A stretch of DNA of 64,000 bases from a virus. How positions within the stretch are numbered: position 1 is the stretch's first letter; every line of letters begins with the position of its first letter. The position numbers and the translations under genes were made by a program. The notes beneath the pieces were generated by a model that was not told the DNA's origin, did not search any database, and saw nothing but the letters and a program-made list of their open reading frames with translations. The DNA lies in IMG/VR virus record IMGVR_UViG_3300045988_152007, positions 60,475-124,474 of that record. The stretch is one strand, 5' to 3'. Positions 26,961-37,024 of the stretch are shown piece by piece.

Positions 26961-27365
26961 TTATGCTTCTTCACCGTATAGTAAGTCGTGCAGTTTGTAG
27001 AAGAAGTCCTCAAGCATATGCTCGAAGATATCCGCCCATTCTTCGGCCTCGTCTTGTAAGTCTGTTAGTTTTTCATACGCGGCCTCATATGCGACACATG
27101 GGTTGCCGGCTTCCATATCCATATTATAGTCGGTATGTTCCAAGTCATACTCAGCACTATGAATAGCCCATGTAAGATTATCCCATTGCTGAATATTCTT
27201 CGCCGCATACTCATGATACTTGTCCAGCATACCATCATAGTCGAAGCTATTGCCTTGCATATGGTACTGTTTGACATACTTCACGATATCGTCAGCTTGT
27301 TCTGCTAATTCCTCTTTGATTGCTTTCTGTTTGTCCTGTTCACTAGTTTTAATTGCATATACCAT
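26961..27365 (-). CDS. highly acidic protein (D/E-rich)
   Basis: 134 aa with long acidic stretches. First gene behind the 27626-27654 promoter and a long leader. Confidence 0.45.
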   Translation of the reverse strand: MVYAIKTSEQDKQKAIKEELAEQADDIVKYVKQYHMQGNSFDYDGMLDKYHEYAAKNIQQWDNLTWAIHSAEYDLEHTDYNMDMEAGNPCVAYEAAYEKLTDLQDEAEEWADIFEHMLEDFFYKLHDLLYGEEA

Positions 27366-27618
27366 GATTTTACCAATCCTTTACATATTATTTGACTGTT
27401 AGTTGTCACCTATCCGTGTTACTATCTGCCGTAGGCGTTGGATTGCCCTACCGCTTGCACCGCACTTTCCATGTTCTACCATCGCGTCCGCTATGCGGTG
27501 CAGACGCTCGGCTTAGATTCACTTTTCAAGGTTCAACGCCGTTCGGTGCTTCGGCCTCTTTCCGGTCATTCTACTACATTTGCAAGGGCTTGCGTTGTTT
27601 GTGTTCCCTTGCTTTCGT
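27366..27618 (-). ncRNA. long GC-rich structured 5' leader or ncRNA candidate
   Basis: No credible ORF on either strand. Nested inverted repeats include gcaccgca/tgcggtgc and gccgtagg/cctaccgc. Lies between promoter TTGACA-17-TACAAT (27654..27626) and the gene start at 27365. Confidence 0.25.
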
Positions 27619-27625
27619 TGTACTC

Positions 27626-27654
27626 ATTGTACCATAGGACTTCCGACTTGTCAA
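27626..27654 (-). promoter_or_regulatory. promoter TTGACA-17-TACAAT driving the structured leader
   Basis: tgtcaa at 27649-54 and attgta at 27626-31 on the + strand. Confidence 0.4.
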
Positions 27655-27817
27655 GGACTTTTTTCAAAATTTCTTGAATTTTTTTCGCTTGGCGTTTTGC
27701 CTTGCTTGCGTTGTCCCGTGGTCAATTTCTGATTATAGAATAGCACCTATGCACGGAATTGTCAAGTATTTTTTTTCAAAAATCGAAATATTTTTTTTGG
27801 GGGTTAGTCGTATCTAA

Positions 27818-27877
27818 CTCACTTCACTCAAGTAAAGTAAGACAATAGACTTTAACACTTTAGTCAAGTGAAGTGGG
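27818..27877. repeat. long imperfect hairpin flanked by G-runs
   Basis: ctcacttcactcaagtaaagt ... actttagtcaagtgaagtg, flanked by ggggg and ggggggg. Confidence 0.4.
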
Positions 27878-27942
27878 GGGGCAGTGTTTCGTGAAAAACT
27901 TTTTCAATTTAATGTAATAAAGTCTTTCCTGGCAAAATAATT

Positions 27943-28040
27943 TCTAAACTCAATTTCAATTTCAAAAAACGGGACAATAATCTAAACTCATTTTCAATTT
28001 CGGAAAACGATAATCATTTCAATTTTGGAAAACAATTTTT
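27943..28040. repeat. three tandem direct repeats of about 30 bp (TCTAAACTCAtTTTCAATTTCggAAAACG)
   Basis: tctaaactcaatttcaatttcaaaaaacg / tctaaactcattttcaatttcggaaaacg / atcatttcaattttggaaaac. Confidence 0.45.
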
Positions 28041-28053
28041 ATAAAAAAAAATA

Positions 28054-28075
28054 AGCGGGAAAATATTTTCCCGCT
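28054..28075 (-). terminator. terminator of the leftward early operon
   Basis: agcgggaaaatattttcccgct, with a T9 run on the minus strand. Confidence 0.5.
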
Positions 28076-28108
28076 TTAATTTTATTCCTTAATTACTCGA
28101 TACCCATT

Positions 28109-28309
28109 CTATTCTAACGTTTCTTTTGCAAGAGCTACGGCATCACTGGCTTCAGGACATTCAATACATAAAAAAGTTTTACCATCTACTTCGTCAATAT
28201 AAAATTCATAATTATGACCATTTACCATATGCAATTCTTCACGAAGTTTAGAGGGAATCATTAAACGTCCAACTGTATCGAGTTTTCTTGTATAAGCTGT
28301 TTTCAGCAT
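28109..28309 (-). CDS. AbrB/MazE-type swapped-hairpin DNA-binding protein
   Basis: 66 aa. RKLDTVGRLMIPSKLREEL. Confidence 0.5.
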   Translation of the reverse strand: MLKTAYTRKLDTVGRLMIPSKLREELHMVNGHNYEFYIDEVDGKTFLCIECPEASDAVALAKETLE

Positions 28310-28427
28310 TCAACTCACTCCTTTCTTTTTAATTGGGAGAGTGCGAGCCATCCCAGAAATTTCATAACTTATTTTATAAAATTTTTTGTGTTTTGTCAAA
28401 ATTTTCTTAACGAAATCTTAACATAAA

Positions 28428-28865
28428 TTAATCAAAAGGAATAATGCCTTCATTAGGGTCAATTACTCCTCGCTCTTGATGGAACCGATAATTAGTATAT
28501 CCATTTTTAAACTTATAAACTTCTACTTCAGGTATAATATATTGGTCTTCCTTATCTACAATTTTAGAACCAAGAGTAATACCGATTGGATCACCTTCTT
28601 CTTCATATTTAGATAAATCAATAGACATTAAATCTTTTTTATTTTTAATGACATGGACTATTCCAGGTCCAATATATTTTTCTTCTAGCCCTTTATTATA
28701 TTCAATATATTTTTTATCGCTTTTAAAATTCATAAAATCTTCAAGGGCTTTAGTATAGTCTTTATAGATTTTTGCTTCAATAATTTTACCATAAATAAAT
28801 CTGGCCGCACATCCTAAACCAAATGCCGCCCCAGTACCTAAAAGAAGCCCATGGACAAACTTCAT
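28428..28865 (-). CDS. putative lipoprotein (signal peptide with lipobox-like LGC)
   Basis: MKFVHGLLLGTGAAFGLGCAARF. 145 aa. Second gene of the leftward early operon. Confidence 0.5.
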   Translation of the reverse strand: MKFVHGLLLGTGAAFGLGCAARFIYGKIIEAKIYKDYTKALEDFMNFKSDKKYIEYNKGLEEKYIGPGIVHVIKNKKDLMSIDLSKYEEEGDPIGITLGSKIVDKEDQYIIPEVEVYKFKNGYTNYRFHQERGVIDPNEGIIPFD

Positions 28866-28905
28866 TAAATCACTTCCTTCAATTTTTAAATATAATATAT
28901 TTACT

Positions 28906-29059
28906 TTTTCTTACGTTCTTTAACAGGATTATAGGCTCCCTGCTGTTTAGGGTTTTCGCCCCACATAAGTTGATAAATAGCTCTAGTCGCACTATTAGTT
29001 GCTCTACGTTTAGCTTTAGAAGCCATACTACCTAAAATCCCACGAGGTTTTCTCATAAA
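28906..29059 (-). CDS. small basic protein (51 aa)
   Basis: MRKPRGILGSMASKAKRRATNSATRAIYQLMWGENPKQQGAYNPVKERKKK. RBS AAGGAGA. First gene after the leftward promoter. Confidence 0.35.
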
Positions 29060-29085
29060 ATTATCTCCTTTAATTTTATATAAAT

Positions 29086-29114
29086 ATTATATAAAAAATT
29101 TTTATAATTGTCAA
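29086..29114 (-). promoter_or_regulatory. leftward (early) consensus promoter TTGACA-17-TATAAT
   Basis: Minus read: TTGACAattataaaaattttttaTATAAT, then AAGGAGA and the ATG of 28906..29059. Confidence 0.55.
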
Positions 29115-29168
29115 TTTTACATTTTACATAATTTTTTTACTAAATACCATAAAAATTTTTGGCCATGG

Positions 29169-29197
29169 TTGACTTTGCAAATTTTTTGTGTTATAAT
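29169..29197 (+). promoter_or_regulatory. rightward late-operon promoter TTGACT-17-TGtTATAAT
   Basis: ttgactttgcaaattttttgtgttataat. Near-identical 29-mer at 45579. Confidence 0.55.
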
Positions 29198-29225
29198 TTT
29201 TTTAGAAGGATTGGAGGTATTAATC

Positions 29226-30290
29226 TTGATAAAATTAGATTATACTCTTGAAACTCCTGAAGAACGAAATGAATTAGTAAAAAAAATTTTAGAGGAAAAT
29301 CCAAATCCTAATGAAAAGTATTTAGAAATCCTCGCAGATTATTTAATTCTATGTATGGAGAAACAAGAAAAAAAAGAAAAGAAAATATTAACTGATAATA
29401 GATTAATGACAGTTAATAAACGTGAAACTTCTTTTGAAGGACTTGTTTCCCAGTTAGAGAATGGTGAAGATGGTATATATAATTTAATTAATAGTGATAA
29501 AAATATGATATTTTAGCCAAAAGTTACAATTACAAAAAAAGATTTAGAAGAAATTCCTAGCTTAAAACAATTAAAAGACGCTATTACAACTTGGGAAGCA
29601 AAAATGAAAGTAGTAAGTGGTAAAGATGCTTTCACTATAAAAAAGGCATTAATAGAAATGCGCAAAGACCAATATATTATTAAAAATGCTTATCGAAAAC
29701 CAATAGTACCAGTAAAGCTTACACGATCTAAGTATAAAATTAAATTAGATGAAGACGTAAAAGTATTTGATGATGATGGATATCCAATTCCAGAAGGAAT
29801 CTCATTGATGAATCCTGAAATTTGCTCTTGTATCTTATGTAATTATTCTCGATTAAAAGAAGATAGTTGGGATCGTTTTGAAGATGATACTTGGTATCTT
29901 ATTTATGATTTTGAAAATATTTGCGATGAAGCCTTGGCTGATTATCCTATGTTAATGCGCATTGTAGAATGTAAAATTGATGGATTACAAAATATAGAGA
30001 TTCAAAAAATTTTACAAGAAGAATTTAATATTACTCACAGCTTAGAATATATATCAAGTTTATTCCGCAATAAAATACCAAAGCTTATTGCTGATAAAGC
30101 TGTTGATAAATATTTAGAATGGTATTATACAACTCAAGAAAAAGGTAAGTATAAAAAATGCAGTAGATGTGGGCAAATTAAATTGGCTCACAATAAATAT
30201 TTTTCCTATAATAAAACAAGTAAAGATGGATTTTATAGTATATGCAAAAAATGCCGAAATAGTTCTCGTAAAGAAAAAATGAAATCCTAA
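29226..30290 (+). CDS. first late-operon protein (354 aa) with C-terminal zinc ribbon; single in-frame TAG at codon 97
   Basis: TTG start 6 nt after GGAGGT. ORF-track pieces 29169..29516 and 29604..30290 are in one frame and joined across the TAG at 29514-29516. C-terminus CSRCG...CKKC. Confidence 0.5.
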
Positions 30291-30308
30291 AGAAAGGAGA
30301 AATATTGA

Positions 30309-31523
30309 TTGTCCAGCGAAGGTAAACAATATTACTGTGAAAAATGTAATAAAACTATGGATGGAACTTAGTTTTATACATCTAATAATTTAGATAAATA
30401 TCCTAATGATGGTAAATTACCAAAATGTAAAAAATGTATAACAATGCATGTAGATAATTGGAATCCGGATACTTATCTATGGATATTGCAAGAATGTGAT
30501 GTTCCTTACATTCCTGATTAGTGGAATTAGTTAATGGGTAAATTTGCGAAGGATAGAGCGAAAGTCACTGGAATGACAATATTAGGTCGCTATCTCTCTG
30601 CAATGAAATTAAATCAATGGAAAGATTATAGATGGAAAGATAGTCAATTCTTGCAAGACTTACAAAATAAAAAAATAGAAGAAACAATGAAGCAATAGGG
30701 ATATGATGTTCAAGATATTACTACGGCTATTCAACGTGCTTCATTTGCTTTGCCATCAGAAGAATTAAAAGAGCCGCCTCCTCCTGCCCCTCCTCCCCTA
30801 GATTTTGGAAATTCTGCAGAAGATTATTTTAAAGATAAATTAGATTTTGAGGTTCCTGATTTGGGCGCGGAGCTAACAGACGAAGATAAACGATACCTTT
30901 ATTTAAAATGGGGAAAAGGTTATAGCCCTGATGAATGGGTACGCTTAGAGCAATTATTTAATGAAATGATGTAGTCTTACGATATTTAGTCAGCAGGCCA
31001 TATTGATACATTAAAACTTGCCTGTAAGACATCATTAAAATCTAATTAGTTATTAGATATAGGTGATGTAGACGGCGCTCAAAAGATGATTAAAATGTAT
31101 GATTCTTTAATGAAATCAGGCAAATTTACTGCCGCATAGAATAAAGAAGAGTCTGGCGATTTCATTGATTCTGTTGGTGAATTAATAGAAATGTGTGAGA
31201 AACAAGGTTATATCGAAAGATATTACATTGATACTCCAAATGATAAAGTAGATTTTACAATTAAAGATATGCAAAAATATACACGCACTTTAATTGAACG
31301 AGAAACTAATCTTGGCAATATGATTGATTAGGCATTAAAACAAAACGCTAAAGAAGATGAATAGGCTAAAGAAAACGTCGAAGATACAATTGTTGATGAT
31401 GTTGATATGTCTATTGAAGACATTGAAAAAACTTTAGAAGATAAAGATATTGAAGACTTTAGTGAATTTTTAGATAATGAAACAGAGTTAGATATAGATG
31501 CTTTCTCTGATAGGGAAGATTAA
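30309..31523 (+). CDS. putative DNA-packaging protein (terminase small subunit candidate), TAG-recoded
   Basis: TTG start after AAAGGAGA. N-terminal zinc ribbon YYCEKCNKTM...CKKCITMH and acidic C-terminus. Frame verified through about 10 TAG to TAA at 31521-31523, which overlaps the ATG of the next gene. Confidence 0.4.
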
Positions 31524-33274
31524 TGGCGTTACAAGATTTACTTGACCTATCTACAAGTAGGAAAAAAATAGGTCTTTCTGAAGAACGTATTAATGCCGTA
31601 ATGCCAGTCATTCGTAAATATACTGCCTTTTGGCGCGAATATCCAGATTTATTTGTTGATTTTTTAGTACGAGGAACACGTACAGAATAGAAAGAAGGAG
31701 AATTTAAATTTTTCTTCTATTAGCGTGTTTTTTTAAGATGTGTAATGCGCTATCAGTACGTTTATGCAGTTTTCCCTCGTGCCTATTCTAAATCATTCTT
31801 ATCAGTTATGGCATTAATGGTTAGATGTATTCTTTATCCTGGTGTTCATTTATTTGTTACTTCGGGTGGTAAGGAACAAGGCGCGAGTATTCTACATGAT
31901 AAAGTTAATGAAATTTGTGATTTAATACCAAGTTTTAAACGCGAAATTGATTGGGGCCGAGGTAAGAGCCAAGAGAGTAAAGATAAAGTACGTTATGTAT
32001 TTAAGAATGGTTCTGTCCTTGATAATTTAGCTGCGAGAGAAAGTACTCGTGGTCAGCGTCGTCATGGTGGTCTAATGGAAGAATGTGTAGGTATTGATGA
32101 TTAGATTTTACGCGAAGTCATTATACCAGTTATGGCTATTCCTCGTAGAGCTAAGGATGGTACAACTCATGAAGAAGAAGCGGTAAATAAATCATAGATT
32201 TATATTACTACTGCTGGCTATAAAAATACTTATCCTTATGATAGATTAATTGGTTTATTAGTTCGTATGATTACATAGCCTGATAGATGTATGGTATTAG
32301 GTGGAACTTGGCGAACTCCTGTTGCTGTTGGATTACAACAGAAAACATTTATTACTGACCAAAAAAATGAAGGAACTTATAATGAAGCTTCTTTCGAACG
32401 TGAATATGAATCAATTTGGTCTGGTACTGTTGAAGACGCTTTCTTTAATGCAGAAATATTTAATAGAAATAGAATACTGAATTAGCCTGAATACGAAGCT
32501 TCTGGCCGTTCAAGTAAATTATCTTATTATATATTAAGTGTTGACGTAGGCCGTAAAGGATGCGATACTGTTGTTTGTGTATTTAAAGTAACGCCGCAAC
32601 CGCATGGTGAGCCAATTAAAAGTTTAGTTAATATTTATACTATGAATGATACACACTTTGAAGATTAGGCTATTAAACTTAAAAAATTATATTATAAATA
32701 TAAAGCTCGCAGAATTGTAATAGATGCTAATGGACTTGGTGTTGGTTTAGTAGATTTTATGGTTAAGCCATAGATTAATCCTGAAACTTCTGAAGTAATT
32801 CCTGATTTTGGAGTTTATGGTGGAACTCAGGATGATGCAGTTCAAGAATATAAAAAATATAAAACTAATAGTACAGAATTAGATGTTTTATATTTAATGA
32901 AAGCTAATGCACCAATTAATACTGAAGCCCATAGTATTACTTAGTCAGTATTAAATTCTGGTAAGATTAAATTTTTAATTGATGAACGAACTGCTAAATA
33001 GAAATTATTAACTACTAAAGTGGGCTAGAATATGACCACAGAAGCGCGATCTGATTATTTAAGACCATTCAGTTTAACTACTTCATTGCGTGAAGAGATT
33101 ATGAATCTGCGTGAAGAAAATGAAGGTTTAAATATAATTTTAAAACAAGCTAATAAAAGTATTAAAAAAGATAAATTCTCTGCATTAGAGTATGGATTAT
33201 ATTATATAAAAAAAGTAGAAGAAGATAAAAAGAAGAAAAAATTCCGGGCTGCTGATTGGATGTTTATGAATTAA
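31523..33274 (+). CDS. terminase large subunit, TAG-recoded
   Basis: ORF-track fragments 31745, 32291 and 33032 are all in frame with ATG 31523. Motifs GGLMEECVGIDD, ITTAGYKNT, and RNaseH-like nuclease ILSVDVGRKGCDTVVCVF. Confidence 0.65.
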
Positions 33275-33362
33275 GCCGGGCAACTCTTATTATTCTTTTA
33301 AATTAATTTTTAAAAGAATAATAAGAGGAATTTATTTGTAGATAAGAAAGGAGACTTAATAT

Positions 33363-33719
33363 ATGGATGCCAGTCGTGCGGAGATTAAGATTAGAGAAAT
33401 CTTAGAGGAAGCCGGCCTGAATTTTAAGATGGAATATATATTTCCAGATTTAAAAACACATAATGGTCGTCCTTTACGTTTTGATTTTGTCATATTTGAT
33501 GATGATAATAATATTGATTTTTTAATTGAATATCAAGGGAAATAGCATTATGAAGCTAGTAATAAATTTGGCGGAAAACGTGGATTATATCAATAGCAAT
33601 ATAATGATAATCAAAAACGTAGATTCTGTGCTTTACATGATTTACATTTAATAGAAATTCCTTATACAGAAGAAAATTTAATTTCTTATGATTATATAAT
33701 GCGAAAAGCTGGATATTAA
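33363..33719 (+). CDS. small PD-(D/E)XK-type (DUF559/Vsr-like) nuclease, TAG-recoded
   Basis: RFDFVIFDDDNNIDFLIEYQGK(TAG)HY resembles the IEYDGxxH motif. Two in-frame TAG. Confidence 0.45.
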
Positions 33720-33736
33720 TTGAAAGAAGGTGAAGT

Positions 33737-35422
33737 ATGGAATTAGAAAAGGAAGAATTAACCAGAAATGAATAGATACATAAAAAAGGTTTTGACATAA
33801 CTGGAGGAGTACGTGAGTATTCTGCCGTTGGCCCAAATGAGTATAAGAAGATTAAAGTCGGGGTTAAGACATTAGATGATGCTGTCTTAAATCTTGGATC
33901 TTTTAGATGGGACACTTACGGTCGCCGTAGTGAAAAATATAGCCGTGAACGTATTTATACAAAACCTATGGTTATGGATGCTTTAATTCGTAATGATATT
34001 CAAGAACTGCGAAGAATATCACGTTTCTTTTTTAGAGTAAGTGGTATTTATCAAAGAGTATGTAATTATTTTGCAAATATGTATCGTTATGATTGGGCTA
34101 TTGCTATTTAGTCTAATAATACTGATGGTTCTGCTGTTAAAGATATTAATGAAACAAAAGCAGTAAAAGATTTCTGGCGAATTTTAAATTATTTAGATAA
34201 TTCTTATATTAAGAAAATTTGTGGCGATATGGCTCTTGAAGTTATCAAATGTGGAGCTTATTATGCCTATATTGTTCCCTCAAGTACTGGCTTAATTTTA
34301 TAGCAACTTCCTATTGAGTATTGCCGTTCAAGATATTCAGTAGGTAATTTACCTGCTATTGAATTTGATATGAGATACTTTGATACTTTTGTGGATACTA
34401 ATTACCGTAATAGAGTATTAAAATTATTCCCTGATGAATTTACAATAGGTTATCGTCTCTATAAAGCTGGTAAACTTTTACCTGATGTAGCTGGTGATAA
34501 TACTGGTAGTTGGTATTTGTTAGATCCACAAAGCACTATTAAGTTTGCTCTAAATGGTACTAATGATATTCCATTATTTGTAAATGCTATTCCTGCGATT
34601 TTAGATTTGGATGCTGCACAAGATTTGGACCGCCGCAAACAAATGCAGAAATTGTTAAAAATTTTAGTTTAGAAATTACCGCTTGATAAAAATGGTGATT
34701 TGATTTTTGATATTGATGAAGCTCGTGATATCCATAATAATGCTGTTGAAATGCTTCGTAGAGCAGTAGGTGTTGATGTATTAACTACTTTTGCTGATGT
34801 AGATGCTATTGATACTTCTGACAAAAATACTTCTGCCACTACAGATGAATTAGAGCGTGTTGAACGAACTGTATATAATGCATTTGGCGTTTCACGCAAT
34901 TTATTTAATACAGATGGTAATATCGCCTTAGAAAAGTCTATCTTAGATGATGAATCTACCATGCGTAATTTAATTTTGCAATTCAACATATTTTTTGATA
35001 GAATATTATCAGTCCTGAATGTTTAGAAAAAATATAATTATAAATTCTATATGTTAGAAACTACATAGTATAATTATAAAGATTTATCTAAAATGTATAA
35101 AGAGCAAACTTAGATTGGTTTCTCTAAAATGTTACCTTAGATTGCTCTTGGACAATCATAGAGTTTTATTCTTAATACAGCTCATTTTGAAAACGAAGTT
35201 TTACATTTAAGCGAAGTTATGATACCTCCTCTTATGAGTTCTACATTAAATGGTGAAGATATTTTGGGTAAAAAAGATTAGAATGGTTCTAACACTTCTC
35301 AAAATAAAACAAGTGGAAATGCCACTGTGAAAACAGAAACTAAAGAGGGTGGCCGACCAGAAAAAGCTAACGATGAAAAGAGCGAAAAAACAATTGCTAA
35401 TCGTCAAGCTGCTGGTAAATAA
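33737..35422 (+). CDS. portal protein, TAG-recoded
   Basis: 561 codons. Fragments 34370 and 34700 in frame. Position immediately after TerL. Confidence 0.6.
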
Positions 35423-35434
35423 GGAGGATTTATA

Positions 35435-37000
35435 GTGAGACATACAAGTGTTAAGTTAGATACTCCTGTTGAGTTTATTAATATCACTAAAATCAATCCT
35501 TTAATTTCTAAGTGTTAGATTAAGGTCTGCTATGTTAGTGATAAACCAAATCGCAATAGAAGTATTATAACAAAAGAAGTTGCTAAAGATTTAGCATAGA
35601 GTTTACCAGGTAGCCCTATTGTTGGTTATTACAATGAAGCTAATGGAGATTATGAAGAACATAACCGTGTAATTGATATTTCCAATGGTAAATTTGATGT
35701 AAAAGATACCACTGTTCCTTATGGTTTTGTAGATTTAGGGGCAAAAGTTTGGTTTTAGAAATTCTTAGATGATGGAAAAAACGAGCATGAATATTTAATG
35801 ACTGAAGGCTATATCTGGACAGATATCTATCCAGAAAGTAAGCGCATTATTGAAAAAGGCAATAATCAATCTATGGAATTAGATGATGAAAAAATTAATG
35901 CGTATTGGTCGAAAGATAAGAATGGAATGCCCGAATTTTTTATTATAAATGAAGCAATAATTAAGAAACTTTGTATTCTTGGAGAAGATTGTGAACCTTG
36001 CTTCGAAGGAGCTAATATTACTGCACCTACGATGCATTTCTCATTTAGTGATAAATTTAATGAGCAATTATTCTCTATGATGAAAGATTTAAAAGAATTA
36101 TTAGAAGGTAAAGGAGGAACAAAAGTGTTCACAAGATATAGTGTGGAGATTGGTGATTCCATTTGGACTTCTCTTTATTCTTACATTAAGGGCTTCGGAG
36201 CAGGTAATGCAATGATTGAAGAAGTTTGCGAAGACAATGGTAATTTATTTGCTATTGTCAAGGAAGATGATAAGTTCGTTCGTTTAGATTTTTCTATGGA
36301 GAATGATACTTTCACTCCTGGCGAAGTTTCTGAATTAACTGATTATTCTGTTTCTGATAATCCTCAATTCGATCCTGAAAAAGTCGCAGAATTTGCGAAG
36401 AAAAAAAAGGACGAAAAAGATAAAGACAATAAAGAGAATAATGATAATAATAAGGAAGATCCTTCTAAAGACCAGCCAAAAGATGGTGAAAAGAAGGACA
36501 CTCCCGAAAATAAACCAACTGATACTTCTGATGAAGAAGAAGAACCAACTGAGGATGACGAAGAGAAAAAAAAGAAAAAGAAAGCTAAGTACTCTTTGGA
36601 AGATGTAGTTGAATATGGTTTATTAAAAGATGAGTATGCTGCACTTGAAACTAAATATAATGAATTAGTTGAAAAGAAAACACAGCTCGAACAAGAACTT
36701 GCTTCTTTAACTCAGTTCAAAACTGAGGCTGAAAGAGAAAAGAAGCAAGAAATGATTAATAGTTTCTATATGTTATCTGATGATGATAAGAAAGATGTTG
36801 TTGCTAATATTGATACATATTCATTAGATGATATTGAAGCAAAGCTTTCTATTATCTGTGTTCGCAATAAGGTCAATTTCGATACCAATGAAAAGAAAGA
36901 AAATGACCCACTTACATATAATATTAATAATGATGTAAATGACGATAGCATTCCTGCTTGGATTAAGGCAGTATAGGATGTTGCGAAAACTATGGAATAA
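35435..37000 (+). CDS. scaffolding/assembly protein candidate, TAG-recoded
   Basis: GTG after AAGGAGG. Acidic/K-rich coiled-coil C-terminus (EEEEPTEDDEEKKKKKK...LEQELASL). Fragment 35798..36976 in frame. Confidence 0.45.
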
Positions 37001-37024
37001 TAAATTTTTAAGGAGGAAAACCTA

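Noticed and set aside
27392-27677. Overlapping plus-strand ORFs 27392..27637 and 27438..27677 in the GC-rich patch
   Set aside because: There is no RBS, the composition is implausible, and the region is better explained as a structured RNA leader downstream of a minus-strand promoter.
27943-28040. CRISPR or tRNA-like origin for the AT-rich 30-bp direct repeats
   Set aside because: There are only three degenerate copies with no spacers. This is more consistent with protein-binding iterons.
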